Shown piece by piece: positions 1 through 10,551 of a stretch of 64,000 nucleotides of DNA. The DNA comes from an uncultured delta proteobacterium (GTDB taxonomy: Bacteria; Desulfobacterota; Desulfobacteria; Desulfobacterales; Desulfosalsimonadaceae): positions 320,001-384,000 of the forward strand of contig CAWGYD010000008.1 of assembly GCA_963826785.1 (NCBI GenBank). The letters are read 5' to 3'. The position numbers were made by a program, and so were the translations under genes. Position 1 is the stretch's first letter. Every line of letters begins with the position of its first letter. A model generated the notes under the pieces. That model saw only the letters and a list, made by a program, of their open reading frames with translations, ran no database searches and had not been told where the DNA came from.

Positions 1-1115
1 TCCTCATAGGTGCCGAGAACCCCGATGATGTCATTTGCGCTGTTTCGAAGCGGCACCTTGCTGGTCCGGAGAATGGTTCGCTTCCCCTGGCGGGTCTGGG
101 ATTCTTCATAACGCAACCGGGGTCCGCCGCTTCCGATCACGGCGGCGTCATCGGCACGGTACTTTTCGGCTTCCATGCTCCAGGGCATGTCGAAATCCGT
201 TCGGCCGACAATATCTGAAACACAAGCCAGCCCCGCATCTTTGGCAAAAAGCCGGTTGCATCCGATGTAATTTAAGCCGGTGTCCTTCCAGAAAACCCGC
301 ACCGGAATGGTATCGAGCACCAGGCGCAGCATGGCCTGGGCTTCCTGCAGGGCGATGCGCGTCTGTTCCCGGTCCGTCACATCCTGGACCATGGAGATAT
401 AGCCGAAAAAGGTGCCGTCTGCGGCGATCATGGGCGTGTTGCTCCATTCACACGTGATGTTCCGGCCGTCTTTGGTGATATTCTGGTTGATGATGTGGGC
501 ATCCATGGCCCCCTGGTACAGTCGACGCTCTATCCCCTCGACAGCGGGCCGGGCACTCTCGGGAACCACCGTATCATAGGGAGATTTGCCCAGTATCTCC
601 TCCCGGGAGAACCCGAAAATGGATTCTGCAGCCGGGTTGATATAGCCGAAGGTGAAATCCGGGTTGACCACGAAACATCCGATGGGCATACGATTGAGTA
701 TCAGTTCGAGCAGTTCGGCCGTCCGCGCCTTCTGGGACGCCAGCTGCAGCTGCCGCTGTTCCGAAAGGGTTTTTTCGGTGATGTCGATGCTTTGTACGGC
801 AAGACGCCGGACATTCCCCTCTTCATCCAGGATGGGATAGATGTGGTTGTCGATGATCCGGTTTCCCCGGCGGTCTTCAAAGCGCACCGGCATTCGCGCC
901 CGGACCGCAGCGTCCACATGGGCTTTGCGGAACCGGGCCATGTTCTCCGGAAAAAAACGGTAAATGGGAGAACCGATCAGGCGGGTGAAGTCGACCCCCA
1001 GCCGCCGGGCCAGTGACCGGTTGGCGGCAAGGACCATCCCGTCGGCATCGATCATGAACACGGCATCATCATTTAAGTCCACCAATGCATGCCATATGGC
1101 ATTTCGCGGCTTCAT
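1..1115 (-). CDS. Multi-PAS domain signalling protein (sensor kinase or regulator), 3' end runs off the window
   Basis: Not in the ORF track because it has no stop inside the window. Manual translation of the minus strand from ATG 1115 gives an open frame, MKPRNAIWHALVDLNDDAVFMIDADG...DITEK...INPAAESIFGFSREEILGK...VQDVTDR...LDTIPVRVFWKD...IIGVLGTYE, with three PAS/PAC repeats. Confidence 0.85.
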   Translation of the reverse strand, partial: MKPRNAIWHALVDLNDDAVFMIDADGMVLAANRSLARRLGVDFTRLIGSPIYRFFPENMARFRKAHVDAAVRARMPVRFEDRRGNRIIDNHIYPILDEEGNVRRLAVQSIDITEKTLSEQRQLQLASQKARTAELLELILNRMPIGCFVVNPDFTFGYINPAAESIFGFSREEILGKSPYDTVVPESARPAVEGIERRLYQGAMDAHIINQNITKDGRNITCEWSNTPMIAADGTFFGYISMVQDVTDREQTRIALQEAQAMLRLVLDTIPVRVFWKDTGLNYIGCNRLFAKDAGLACVSDIVGRTDFDMPWSMEAEKYRADDAAVIGSGGPRLRYEESQTRQGKRTILRTSKVPLRNSANDIIGVLGTYE

Positions 1116-1239
1116 CCGGCAGATGCATCCTTCTTTTGAAATTGATGGAAATCATCAGAGGCACATAAACCATAACCCCGCATAGCCCTGCCGGCAAACC
1201 GCTTTGGTCCGCGCACAGCCGGTCAAAATTGCCCGGCAT

Positions 1240-1704
1240 TCAGGAAGCGGCAGCTGCCCGGCGCATGATCATCGTGGGGAATCCGGCATGGTTGAGCCCG
1301 GCCGGATGGTGGTCGAAAAAGCCGAAGGCCTTGTATAGCCGGCGCGCGGGGCGGCCATCGGGAACACTCTTATCAAACGTCTGGACGGTTATGGCCCGTG
1401 ACGCGCTGAGATGCCGGATGGCCGTCGACAGCAGCGCCCGGCCGTATCCCCTGCCCCGGTATGGCAGGGATACCGCCATCCAGGAAATTTCATTGAATTC
1501 CCGGGAAATCACGATTCCGCCCGCCAGCCGGCCCTCGGGGGGCCCCGGTGCCCGGATGCAAAATGCGTTTGCCGCCATGACCGCCAGCCGCAGGATGGGC
1601 AGAAACCCCCTGCTTTCGATCATGGGACCGAACAGCGGCTCTACTTCCCGGGCCAGGGCCAGCCAGCCCTCAATCTCTTCAAGCGACGAGACCGTCACTT
1701 CCAT
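1240..1704 (-). CDS. GNAT family N-acetyltransferase
   Basis: Motif A (AVSLPYRGRGYGRALL) and ARRLYKAFGF. Start moved to ATG 1704, which has a GGAGGGG RBS. Confidence 0.85.
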   Translation of the reverse strand: MEVTVSSLEEIEGWLALAREVEPLFGPMIESRGFLPILRLAVMAANAFCIRAPGPPEGRLAGGIVISREFNEISWMAVSLPYRGRGYGRALLSTAIRHLSASRAITVQTFDKSVPDGRPARRLYKAFGFFDHHPAGLNHAGFPTMIMRRAAAAS

Positions 1705-1828
1705 TGCTTCCACCCCTCCCGTTCTGTCATCGTCAGCCATATGGAAATCTTGAAATTCTTTTAAACTGCCGCTAATCTTCTCATGATTTATCATTTTATA
1801 AAAACTGTCCACCGGGTGCGCATATGCC

Positions 1829-2578
1829 ATGAATGAAATCTATGCCCTTCTGATCCTGTTTGCCGTGGGAAACATCGCCGGGTTTATCAACGTGACCGCG
1901 GGCGGCGGCTCAACGCTGAGCGTGCCGGTGCTGATTTTTTTGGGACTGGATGCAGCCGTGGCCAACGGCACCAATCGGGTGGCCATCTGCATTCAGAACA
2001 TATCGGCGGTCTACTCCTTCAAGCGGGAAAAATACCGGCAGTTCAAGCTCAGTGCGAAACTGGCCCTGCTCACCCTGCCGGGATCCATTGCCGGTGCCTT
2101 CCTGGCCATAGATATCAGCAATTCCCTGTTTGAAAAGATACTGGGCATCGTGATGATCGGGATCATCGTTTCGATGATCCTGCCCCGCCCCAAACGGGCG
2201 CCGGACAACACCGAAAGCAAGGAATTCACCTGGCCGGTGGTCCTCTCCATGTTCCTGATCGGCTTTTACGGCGGATTCATCCAGGTCGGGGTCGGTTTTC
2301 TCCTGATGGCGGCCTTAAACCAGCTTCTTCGATTTGACCTGGTCCATGTGAACATGCACAAGGTGTTCATCGTTTTGATATACACCATCCCCGCCCTGCT
2401 GATCTTCGTCTTCACCGGAAACGTCCGCTGGTCCTTCGGCCTGAGCCTGGCTGCCGGCAACGCCCTCGGCGGATGGTGGGCGGCCAAGGTTTCGGTGAAA
2501 AAGGGCGAGCGGCTGATCAAGACCGTCCTGGTCATCGCCATCCTGATCATGTCGTTGAAGCTGCTGAATTTATTTTAG
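1829..2578 (+). CDS. Sulfite exporter TauE/SafE family membrane protein
   Basis: AGFINVTAGGGSTL, ANGTNRV, GFYGGFIQVGVG motifs; about 8 TM segments. Confidence 0.9.
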   Translation: MNEIYALLILFAVGNIAGFINVTAGGGSTLSVPVLIFLGLDAAVANGTNRVAICIQNISAVYSFKREKYRQFKLSAKLALLTLPGSIAGAFLAIDISNSLFEKILGIVMIGIIVSMILPRPKRAPDNTESKEFTWPVVLSMFLIGFYGGFIQVGVGFLLMAALNQLLRFDLVHVNMHKVFIVLIYTIPALLIFVFTGNVRWSFGLSLAAGNALGGWWAAKVSVKKGERLIKTVLVIAILIMSLKLLNLF

Positions 2579-2719
2579 AAGAGGCTACTTTGCGGTCTTT
2601 GCGGTCGACTTAGACTTCTATTGAATAATTCATTTTTCATTTTGTCTTCCCTGGAAAGACTGCCGGAATGACGAATTGATGTTCGCTCACAAGGAGAACG
2701 ACAAATTAGAAGGTAACAT

Positions 2720-2778
2720 CCCCCTCATTAAGTTAGCCCCTCCAGGGGGGAATTAAAGGGGGAGTGTCCCCCCTCTGG
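2720..2778. repeat. Degenerate G/C-tract REP-like palindrome
   Basis: CCCCTCCAGGGGGG-AATTAAA-GGGGGAG...CCCCCCTCT; architecture resembles the 29982-30066 element. Confidence 0.45.
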
Positions 2779-3049
2779 ATCATGAAAGATATGACTGGTC
2801 TCCTAACGAGCGCGGGCAGGTATCGGCCTGCATTTCCGTCTGCTGCAGGATGCCTGGTCTCCTGGCGGGCGCGGGGACAGGGGTCCGGCAGGCGAGATTG
2901 GAGATTTTTGCAATAGAATCCACTGGCCAATGATCAATCGATGCTAAACTCGAAAAATCCAACATGTCAATCCGCCCCGCCCTGCAAAAATATCCTGAGC
3001 GGCCGGATTCCTGCCCCCGTGCCCGCCAGCCACAAGCGCTGCCAAAAAG

Positions 3050-5261
3050 TCAATTCTCGGAAGCCGGATTCAACGCATTTGCAAGGGCTTCCACCGTCCG
3101 TCGTTGAACGAATTCCCCCACCGCGGCAAATATCCGCTCCGATCCCTCGCCATTGATGATACCGTGCCGGTCCGTATTGACCATCAGGTACTCCTTATCC
3201 GTCGAGGCGATCTTCTTGAAAATTTTCAGCGACCCTTCAAATGCCACCACCGGGTCGGCATAAGACTGGATGATCAGTGCGGGAATGGTAATTTTATCGA
3301 GCCTGGGCGCAAGTTCATCCATCCGCTTTTCCATCTCCATGATGCCGGAAAGTGGATTGCGGACATAATTGATGTGGGGGTTTTCGGGATTGTTTTCGAT
3401 GAACTGCTTGCCGGCCGCTTCAAAATTGAGCTTCTTCATCAATCGATTCCAGAAATTAACCGCCGGAACCAGACGGGCGGAAAAGTCCTGCAGCTTCATG
3501 GGCGGCGCGATGGCAAACACACCGGAAATGCCTTCCACCCGGGTACACAGGTCCAGGGCCAGTCCGGCCCCGAAGGAAAAACCGCCCGCCACCACCTTCC
3601 GGCAGAGGGTTCTCATGATCACGAATCCCTCGTCCACGGAATCGACCCACTCCAATTGCCGCCGGACCGCCAGATCTTCCGGAGACGTGCCGTGCCCTTT
3701 CAGCCGGGGGCAGTAAACCCAGTATCCCAGGCCCGCCAGATGCTCGGCCAGGGCGCGCACCTCCAGGGGGGCGGCCATGTACCCGTGGACCAGAACGACC
3801 CCGACGTCTTTGAACCGGCCCGGAAGCAGAAACGGCGCGCCCACCTCTTTCCCCTTGCTCTCGCCTTGGATGCCGAATATCTGGTAATCTTTTTCAAAAT
3901 CAAACCGGGCTTTTTCCAGCAGATGGCGTCTCAGACGGTAGCGGATCCGCAGGGCCGGCTGGCGGGCCAGCGATTTGAGTTCCGCCTGCAGCCGGACCAG
4001 CGGCTCGATTTCGTTTGCCGCCACCGCCACCGGGTTTTCGACCCGCACCTGGTGGAAATCGGATGTTTCATCAAAATCGAATGCCTTGACCAGCGTTTCC
4101 CCTTTTTGGGTCAGCACTCCTTTTTCCAGGGCCAGATTCTAAAAAATTCATCATTTTGCCGTGCCGGTCGTCCGTCAACAGCCCCACCGGATTCTGGGCC
4201 AGGCTGTCATGCCGGTAAATGCCCAATCTGTCGAAATTGATGGTGGAAGCGGCCAGGTATGTCCGGTGCCGCAGATCACGGGCGTCGATATGGTGCTCCG
4301 GCATGTATTTGAGAAGGGTGGCCAGGATGTGGTCATGATTGACCGTGGTCATGCGGTAAATGGCGGACATGTAGCGCTCCATGATGCGCCGGACGGTCTT
4401 CTGCAGCATGGGCCGGCTGGGAATGGGTTCATCGAAGCCGATGGGGCGGGGATTTGAAATGTCGGCCATGGCCGCATGACTTTTGAGATAAGCCCCCACC
4501 CGGATGGGCTCGCCGAACCGGATATCCACATCCACCCCGGAAAGGAGCATGCTCCCCTCGGTCATGATCTCCTCCACCGCCCGTTCGGTCATCTCGCCCA
4601 TGACCAGCTCGGCCAGCCGATTGATATTGTTCTCCCGCGCCCGCAGCGGATAATAGGTCAGATTGACCGGCACGATGAAGGTTTCATGGTGCAGCACCGG
4701 GGAAAGGTCCTCGATTTTAAACATGTTCCGCAGCCGCTCGGCTTCTTCCGGGGCCGAGGCGAGCATCCGGCGCAGCCGCTCCCGGTAGAATTCCGTGCGC
4801 AACGCCACCGTGGCCGCTCCCGTATGCGGCGGATGCACCCCCTCCGGGGACACGATGGCAAAGCGGTTCCCTTTTTTCCCGTCCGCATCATACACCTTCT
4901 TGTTCTTGACCATGCGGCCTTCCGGAAAGACGATCCAGGCCGCTTCATTGGTCAGCAGCGTTTTCACCATCAGCAGGTCCCGGTCCGGATTTCGCGTGGA
5001 AACAGCCCCGAGATTCTCTAAAAGCGCTGCCAGACCGCCGGCGAAAAGTCCGTGATCCGCCAGGCTCCAGACGGCCTTGCGGGTAATCCGGTTGATGAAA
5101 TAGGGAAGAAAAATGGTTTCGATGCGGGTGAAGTGGTTGATGACAAACACCAGGGCGCCTTCGGGGATGTTTTCCTCTCCGTGAATTCTGAAATTGGCCC
5201 GGGTCAGGCTGGAAAGGGCTTTTACGGCGTACCCGGCGGTGCGATAGGCATAAGGGTTCAT
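3050..5261 (-). CDS. Fused glycerolipid acyltransferase (PlsB/PlsC-like) and alpha/beta-hydrolase carboxylesterase, split by a frameshift near 4135-4146
   Basis: N-part has NHFTRIE and FPEG acyltransferase motifs. C-part has HGYMA, GFSFG nucleophile, DPVV and HGII. Removing one base in TTTTTTAGAATCTG joins the frames (...KMMNFL-x-LALEKGVLTQKGETLV...). Confidence 0.8.
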
Positions 5262-5373
5262 GGGCGGCTCCTGGTGGGGGAAAAATCAGTTATGAAATGG
5301 TTATACGTGAAACAGGCAAGGGGGTCAATTCATGAAACGCGATCCGCACCGGGCTGTTGGGCCAAAAATCAGA

Positions 5374-6957
5374 TCAAACCGCCTGAGCATTGGGCGGGAT
5401 CAGGCTCATGGCCCGCTCGGTGATGGCGGTGATGCTCAGGGACGGATTGACGCCCGGGTTGGCCGAAATCATGGACCCGTCGCACACATACATGTTCTTG
5501 TAGCCGAACACCCGGTTGTCCCTGTCGATCACGCCGCTGGATCGGTCCTCCCCCATCACGGCGCCGCCCAGGATGTGGGCCGTGGTAGGGATGCCGAACA
5601 GGGTTTCGGTGAGCAGCACCATGGGTTTACCATTGACGATCCGGGCATACTTTTCCGAAAGGTCCCGGGCTTCCGGGATAAAGGCGGTGGGCGGACCGCC
5701 CCGGTCCAGGGCGGATTTCATCAGGCCGAAGCGCCCCCGAACGAACCGAAGGGTGCTGTCCAGGGAGCGCATGTAGAGCAGAATCTGGGTTTTTCTGGAC
5801 CAGTCGCTGACGAAAAATGCCCGAAAATTGGACACCGGATGGCGGATAATGTCGAGCACGATCTTTCCCAGCCGCTCAAATATGTTCCTCCCGCTGATCA
5901 TGGGTGACATGAGCAGCCGCCAGATGCCGCTTCCGGCCGGGTAGCGCACCGGCTCCAGATGGCTGTGGGGATCGGTATTCAAAATGGAGCTGATGGCCAC
6001 CCCATCTGAAAAAACCCGGTCCCGGTCAAAGGTGGTGACCCCCACCAGGCTTTCCGAATTGGTGCGGATTTCCCGGCCCACCATCTCCGAAAGTGCCGGC
6101 AGTGAGGACGCCTTGAGCTTGAGCAGCAGGTCCACCGTGCCCAGCACACCTCCGGCAAACACCACGTTTTTTGCCGTAAAAACCCCCCTTTTGCCGAAAA
6201 ACCGGGTGGAAGATTTGTATCTCACTTTGTATCCGTCCCCGCCGTCTGCGGCACCCATCGGGGACACATCATAGACCCTCGATTCGGCAAGGATCTTCGC
6301 ACCATGCGCCCGGGCCAAATACAGGTAGTTCTTGTCCAGGGTGTTCTTGGCGTTGAACCGGCACCCGAGCATGCACCCCCCGCAGAAGATGCAGCCGGCC
6401 CGGTCCGGCCCCCTGCCGCCGAAATACGGATCGGAAACGGTCTTTTCCGGCTCGCCGAAATAGACGGCTGCGGTGGTGGGATAAAATTCGTCGGACTTGC
6501 CGATCTGCGCAGCCAGTTCTTTTAAGGCCAGGTCCCCGGTCTCCAGGCGGGGACAGACCGCCGCGCCCCGCATGGCCAGCGCGGTTTCGTAAAAGCCTTT
6601 GAGTTCGGTCTCCCAGTCGGCCAGATTCCCCCACGAACCGGAGTTGAAAAAGGCCGGCCGGGGAACAGGCATGGTATTGGCATACACCAGAGACCCGCCG
6701 CCCACGCCGACACCCGACAAAACGGCCACATGCCGGAAGAAAGTCATCTTGAACAGGCCGAAAAACCGAAAAATTGGCAGCCACAGCCATTTTTTCACGT
6801 TCCAGTTGGATTTGGGGAAATCTTTCTCTTTCAGCCACTTTCCCTTTTCCAGCACCAGCACCGAATACCCTTTTTCGCTCAGGCGCAGTGCGGACACGGA
6901 ACCGCCGAACCCGCTGCCGATAATGATATAGTCGTAATCGAATTGGTTTTCCATCAT
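5374..6957 (-). CDS. GMC family oxidoreductase, cholesterol oxidase (ChoD)-like
   Basis: GSGFGG FAD motif, GVGGGSLVYAN, CIFCGGCMLGC, AKNTLDKNYL, TAHILGG, NPGVNPSLSITA. Confidence 0.9.
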   Translation of the reverse strand: MMENQFDYDYIIIGSGFGGSVSALRLSEKGYSVLVLEKGKWLKEKDFPKSNWNVKKWLWLPIFRFFGLFKMTFFRHVAVLSGVGVGGGSLVYANTMPVPRPAFFNSGSWGNLADWETELKGFYETALAMRGAAVCPRLETGDLALKELAAQIGKSDEFYPTTAAVYFGEPEKTVSDPYFGGRGPDRAGCIFCGGCMLGCRFNAKNTLDKNYLYLARAHGAKILAESRVYDVSPMGAADGGDGYKVRYKSSTRFFGKRGVFTAKNVVFAGGVLGTVDLLLKLKASSLPALSEMVGREIRTNSESLVGVTTFDRDRVFSDGVAISSILNTDPHSHLEPVRYPAGSGIWRLLMSPMISGRNIFERLGKIVLDIIRHPVSNFRAFFVSDWSRKTQILLYMRSLDSTLRFVRGRFGLMKSALDRGGPPTAFIPEARDLSEKYARIVNGKPMVLLTETLFGIPTTAHILGGAVMGEDRSSGVIDRDNRVFGYKNMYVCDGSMISANPGVNPSLSITAITERAMSLIPPNAQAV

Positions 6958-7211
6958 GATCCCCTTATTTTGCGTCCATCCGGAAATGAGATCATCGCTT
7001 CAAGTTCAAGGAAGGCGAAAATCGGACGGGCAAATCAGCTGTTTATGGATGCACACGATTCAAAACGCGCCATAACCTCAAAATAATCATCGGATGAACG
7101 GACAACCACCGCCGATGAAGAGTTTCCATGCGGTGTTATTGTGGCGATACGTACGGCTCATTCTTCTAATTTCGGAAAATGCGAATCGTTTATGGTTTGA
7201 TTAAATATTCA

Positions 7212-7248
7212 TTGCAAATTCAGTTAAATGAAATGATAATTATTATTC
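7212..7248 (+). promoter_or_regulatory. Putative sigma70 promoter overlapped by a Fur-box-like inverted repeat
   Basis: TTGCAA(7212)-17 nt-GATAAT(7235); TGATAAT-T-ATTATTC (7234-7248) resembles the Fur 7-1-7 core. Confidence 0.4.
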
Positions 7249-7338
7249 GGCGTTCAAGTGGGACCTGATTTTCAACTTTTTCAAGACATGCCGAAAGTCC
7301 GTCATTGAAAGAAAAAACCCCCGGGGGGAGGGACTTGC

Positions 7339-10300
7339 ATGGAGCAGTTTTTCAATCTTTCCGTAGACATGCTTGGCATCGTTTCAGCAGGAGACGGGAG
7401 TTTCAAGCGCGTCAATCCCGCCTTTTGCCGCACGCTCGGCTGGAGTGAACAAGACCTGCTGTCGATGCGGCAAAAAGACCTGATCCATCCTGAAGATCTC
7501 GCCATTTATCAGCATATCATATCGGATTTACTCCCGGGCAAACAACCTGAACAATTTGAATTCCGGCTGCGCTGCAAGGATGGCGCCTATAAACTGGCTG
7601 CATGCAGCATCACATCCGACCCGGACAGAGGGCTCATGTTCTGTGTATGCAGGGACATGACCCAGGAGAAAGCGGCAGAAAGATCAAAAAATGCGGAAGC
7701 GGCGCTTCGGGATATGGGTAAAAAATACCGGCTTCTTGCTGAGAATACTGCGGATGTCATCTATAAGCTGCGGATAGAAGATCAAAAGTGCGTATATGCA
7801 AGTCCTTCTATTGAAAGGTTGCTGGGCTACACGCCGGAAGAGGCGCTTTCCCTCTCTGTTCAGGAGGTTATGCCTCCGAAATCCTATGAAACCCAATTGG
7901 TGAAATTATCGGAGGCCATCGCAAGCAACAGTAGAGATTTCGAGATCCTGGAGCTTGAAATGATTCATAAGGATGGCCATATCGTGCCCGTTGAAATCAA
8001 CGTCAGTCTGATATTTGATGATTACGGCCGTCCCATAGAAATTCAAGGCATCTGCCGCGACATAACTGAGCGGAAGCGGGCTGAAACTGCCCTCCGACAG
8101 AACGAGGCCACCCTGCGCACCTTTATCTCCGAATGCCGGGATGGCATCATCATGATCAACCGGCAGGGAAAGATCGTGGAGTGGAACAGAGGGGAGGCGC
8201 TGATCACCGGCATTTCCCGGGAGGCGGCCATGGGTCAATACCTGTGGGACATCCAAAACTTGCTGGCGCCTGAAGCGATAAGATCCGCCGCCTATGTGGA
8301 AGCGGCCCGTGAAAAAATCATGAGAGGATTTGAGGAAGGGACCCGCTTAAAACGGTTCATCGAGGAAGAAATCGAACGTCCCGACGGCACCCGCCGCGAT
8401 GTGCATTCCAACCTCTTCGCCATCCAAATCGGGGGGTCGCTTCTCGCCTGCGGCATCTGCAGGGATGTAACCCACCTAAAACATGTTGAGGAAGAGCTCA
8501 GGCAAAGCGAAAAAAAATATCGCGACCTGCTGGACAATATGAACGAGGTTCTTTTTGTCCTCGACCGGTCGGGCAGGGTTTCTTTTGTCTGTTCAGCTGT
8601 TTCCCGATTGGCGCAATACAACCCGTCAGAAGTCATCGGTCATTTTGCAGAAGATTTTATCTATAAGGAAGACCTCCCGCGATTCAGAAAAAACTTTAAA
8701 GCCGCACTGGAAGGAAAGAAATCAACCGAGAATCAATATCGAATTGTAACCGGGACAGGGGATATCAAGTGGGTGGAAACATCCACCCGACAGGTGTATG
8801 CGGGCATCGAAATCACGGGCGTTCAAGGTTTGTTTCTGGACATTACCGAGCGGAAGCGGGCTGAAGAAGCGCTCAAAGAAAATGAAGAGCGGTTCCGGGC
8901 GGTCTTTGACAATGCGGCCGTGGGCATGGCGCTTGTTGATCTGGCGGGCCATATTCTAAAGGTAAATGAGGCATTCTGCGGATTTTTAGGTTATGCGCCC
9001 CAAGAACTGGCCAACATGCACTTCTCTGAAATAACCCATCCCGAGGACTTGGAAACAGATGTAAAATTGGCCCAGGAGCTGATCGGGGGCGCCAGGGACA
9101 GCTATATGCTGGATAAACGGTATTTGCGGAAAAACGGCGAAGTGGTGTGGGGCCGGTTGGGAGTGTCTATCATCAGAGACGGCGGCGGTTCACCCATGTA
9201 TGGCCTCGGGACCTGCGAGGATATTACCGCACGCAAGGCGGCTGAAGATAATTTGAAGCACCTGAATGAATTTCTTGAACAGCGGGTGGCCGAGCGCACC
9301 GCCGAGGCGGAGCAGCGGGCCGAGGCCCTGCGGCAGCTGGCCCTGGAACTTTCAGGGGCGGAGGACCTGGAGCGCCGCCGCATCGCCATGATCCTCCATG
9401 ACGATCTGCAGCAGTATCTGGCTGCTATCCGGTTCCGGCTGAGCAGCCTGATCCGGGATACACAGGCTGATCCGAAAACCGCCCAACGGCTTTTCTCTGC
9501 GGAGTCTCTTCTTATTGAGAGCATTCAGAAGTGCCGGAGCCTGTCCCATGAGCTTTCTCCACCCGTCCTTCACCAGAATGGGTTAATTGCTGCCCTGGGA
9601 TGGCTTTCCAAGGACATGGGCGAAAAGCATGGACTGGAGGTGGCTCTTCATACCGAACCTGGCGCAGAACCCGTCTCTCCGAGGCTTGCTTCGGCTCTGT
9701 TCCGATCCATCCGCGAGCTTCTGTTCAATATCGTCAAGCATGCCGGAACCGATCGCGCCGAAATCCATGTGAATGCTAAAACTGGTCAAATTCAATTCGG
9801 GTGAGTGATCCGGGAAGCGGGTTCGATGTTGATCAGATCCGAAGCCGGCAATTCGGCAAGGTCGCTTTCGGGCTTTTCAACGTGGAGGAACGAATCCGTT
9901 TTTTGGGCGGCACCTTTCGCATTCGGAGCACCCCCGGGGAAGGGACGCAAATTGACATCCGCGCACCCAACCGGCCGGCCCAATCGGAAAAAATCGGTGG
10001 TTTGGAAATCGATCTTGTGGAAAAATCCGGAGAAGGATTCAGGCAGGACCAAAGAGGCAAAATCCGAATTCTTCTGGCCGACGATCACGCCGTCATGCGC
10101 GACGGGCTGTCCGGTATTTTGGGGAATCAGCCGGATCTGGAGGTGGTTGCCCAGGCTAAAAACGGATTAGAAGCCGTTCAAATGGCGGACCAGACGGAAC
10201 CCGATGTGATCCTGATGGATATTTCAATGCCTAAAATGGACGGCATTGCCGCCACGGAAGAGATTTTAAAAAGACACCCCGGAACCCGCATCATCGGCCT

Positions 10301-10424
10301 GAGCATGCATGACGACCCTTCCATTGAAGAAAGAATGATGAGTGCCGGCGCCAGTGCCTATATATACAAGGCCGCCCCCTCGGATGAGCTTATTCAAACC
10401 ATACGGATGTCAATTAGGCGATAA
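7339..10424 (+). CDS. Hybrid sensor histidine kinase (5 PAS, HisKA_3, HATPase, C-terminal receiver), split by a frameshift near 9793-9796
   Basis: Five PAS/PAC repeats; ERRRIAMILHDDLQQ; ELLFNIVKHA. Adding one A at CAAATTCAATTCGGGTG restores QIQIRVSDPGSGFD...FGLFNVEERI, then REC (ILLADDH, DVILMDISMP). Confidence 0.85.
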
Positions 10425-10551
10425 AGTCCTGTTATCCTGAAGCGCTTCGGCTATGGACCGCCCGTATTGCTGGTTTCTTCAGTGGCGAGCCGGAACCATG
10501 GCTGTTTTACCAAAGTTTTCTGCTGTTTATCTTGATAATACTTCCCAAATT

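Noticed and set aside
8059..8865. Near-identical 27-nt repeats at about 8059 and 8839
   Set aside because: They encode the conserved DITERKRAE PAS linker; not a mobile or CRISPR repeat
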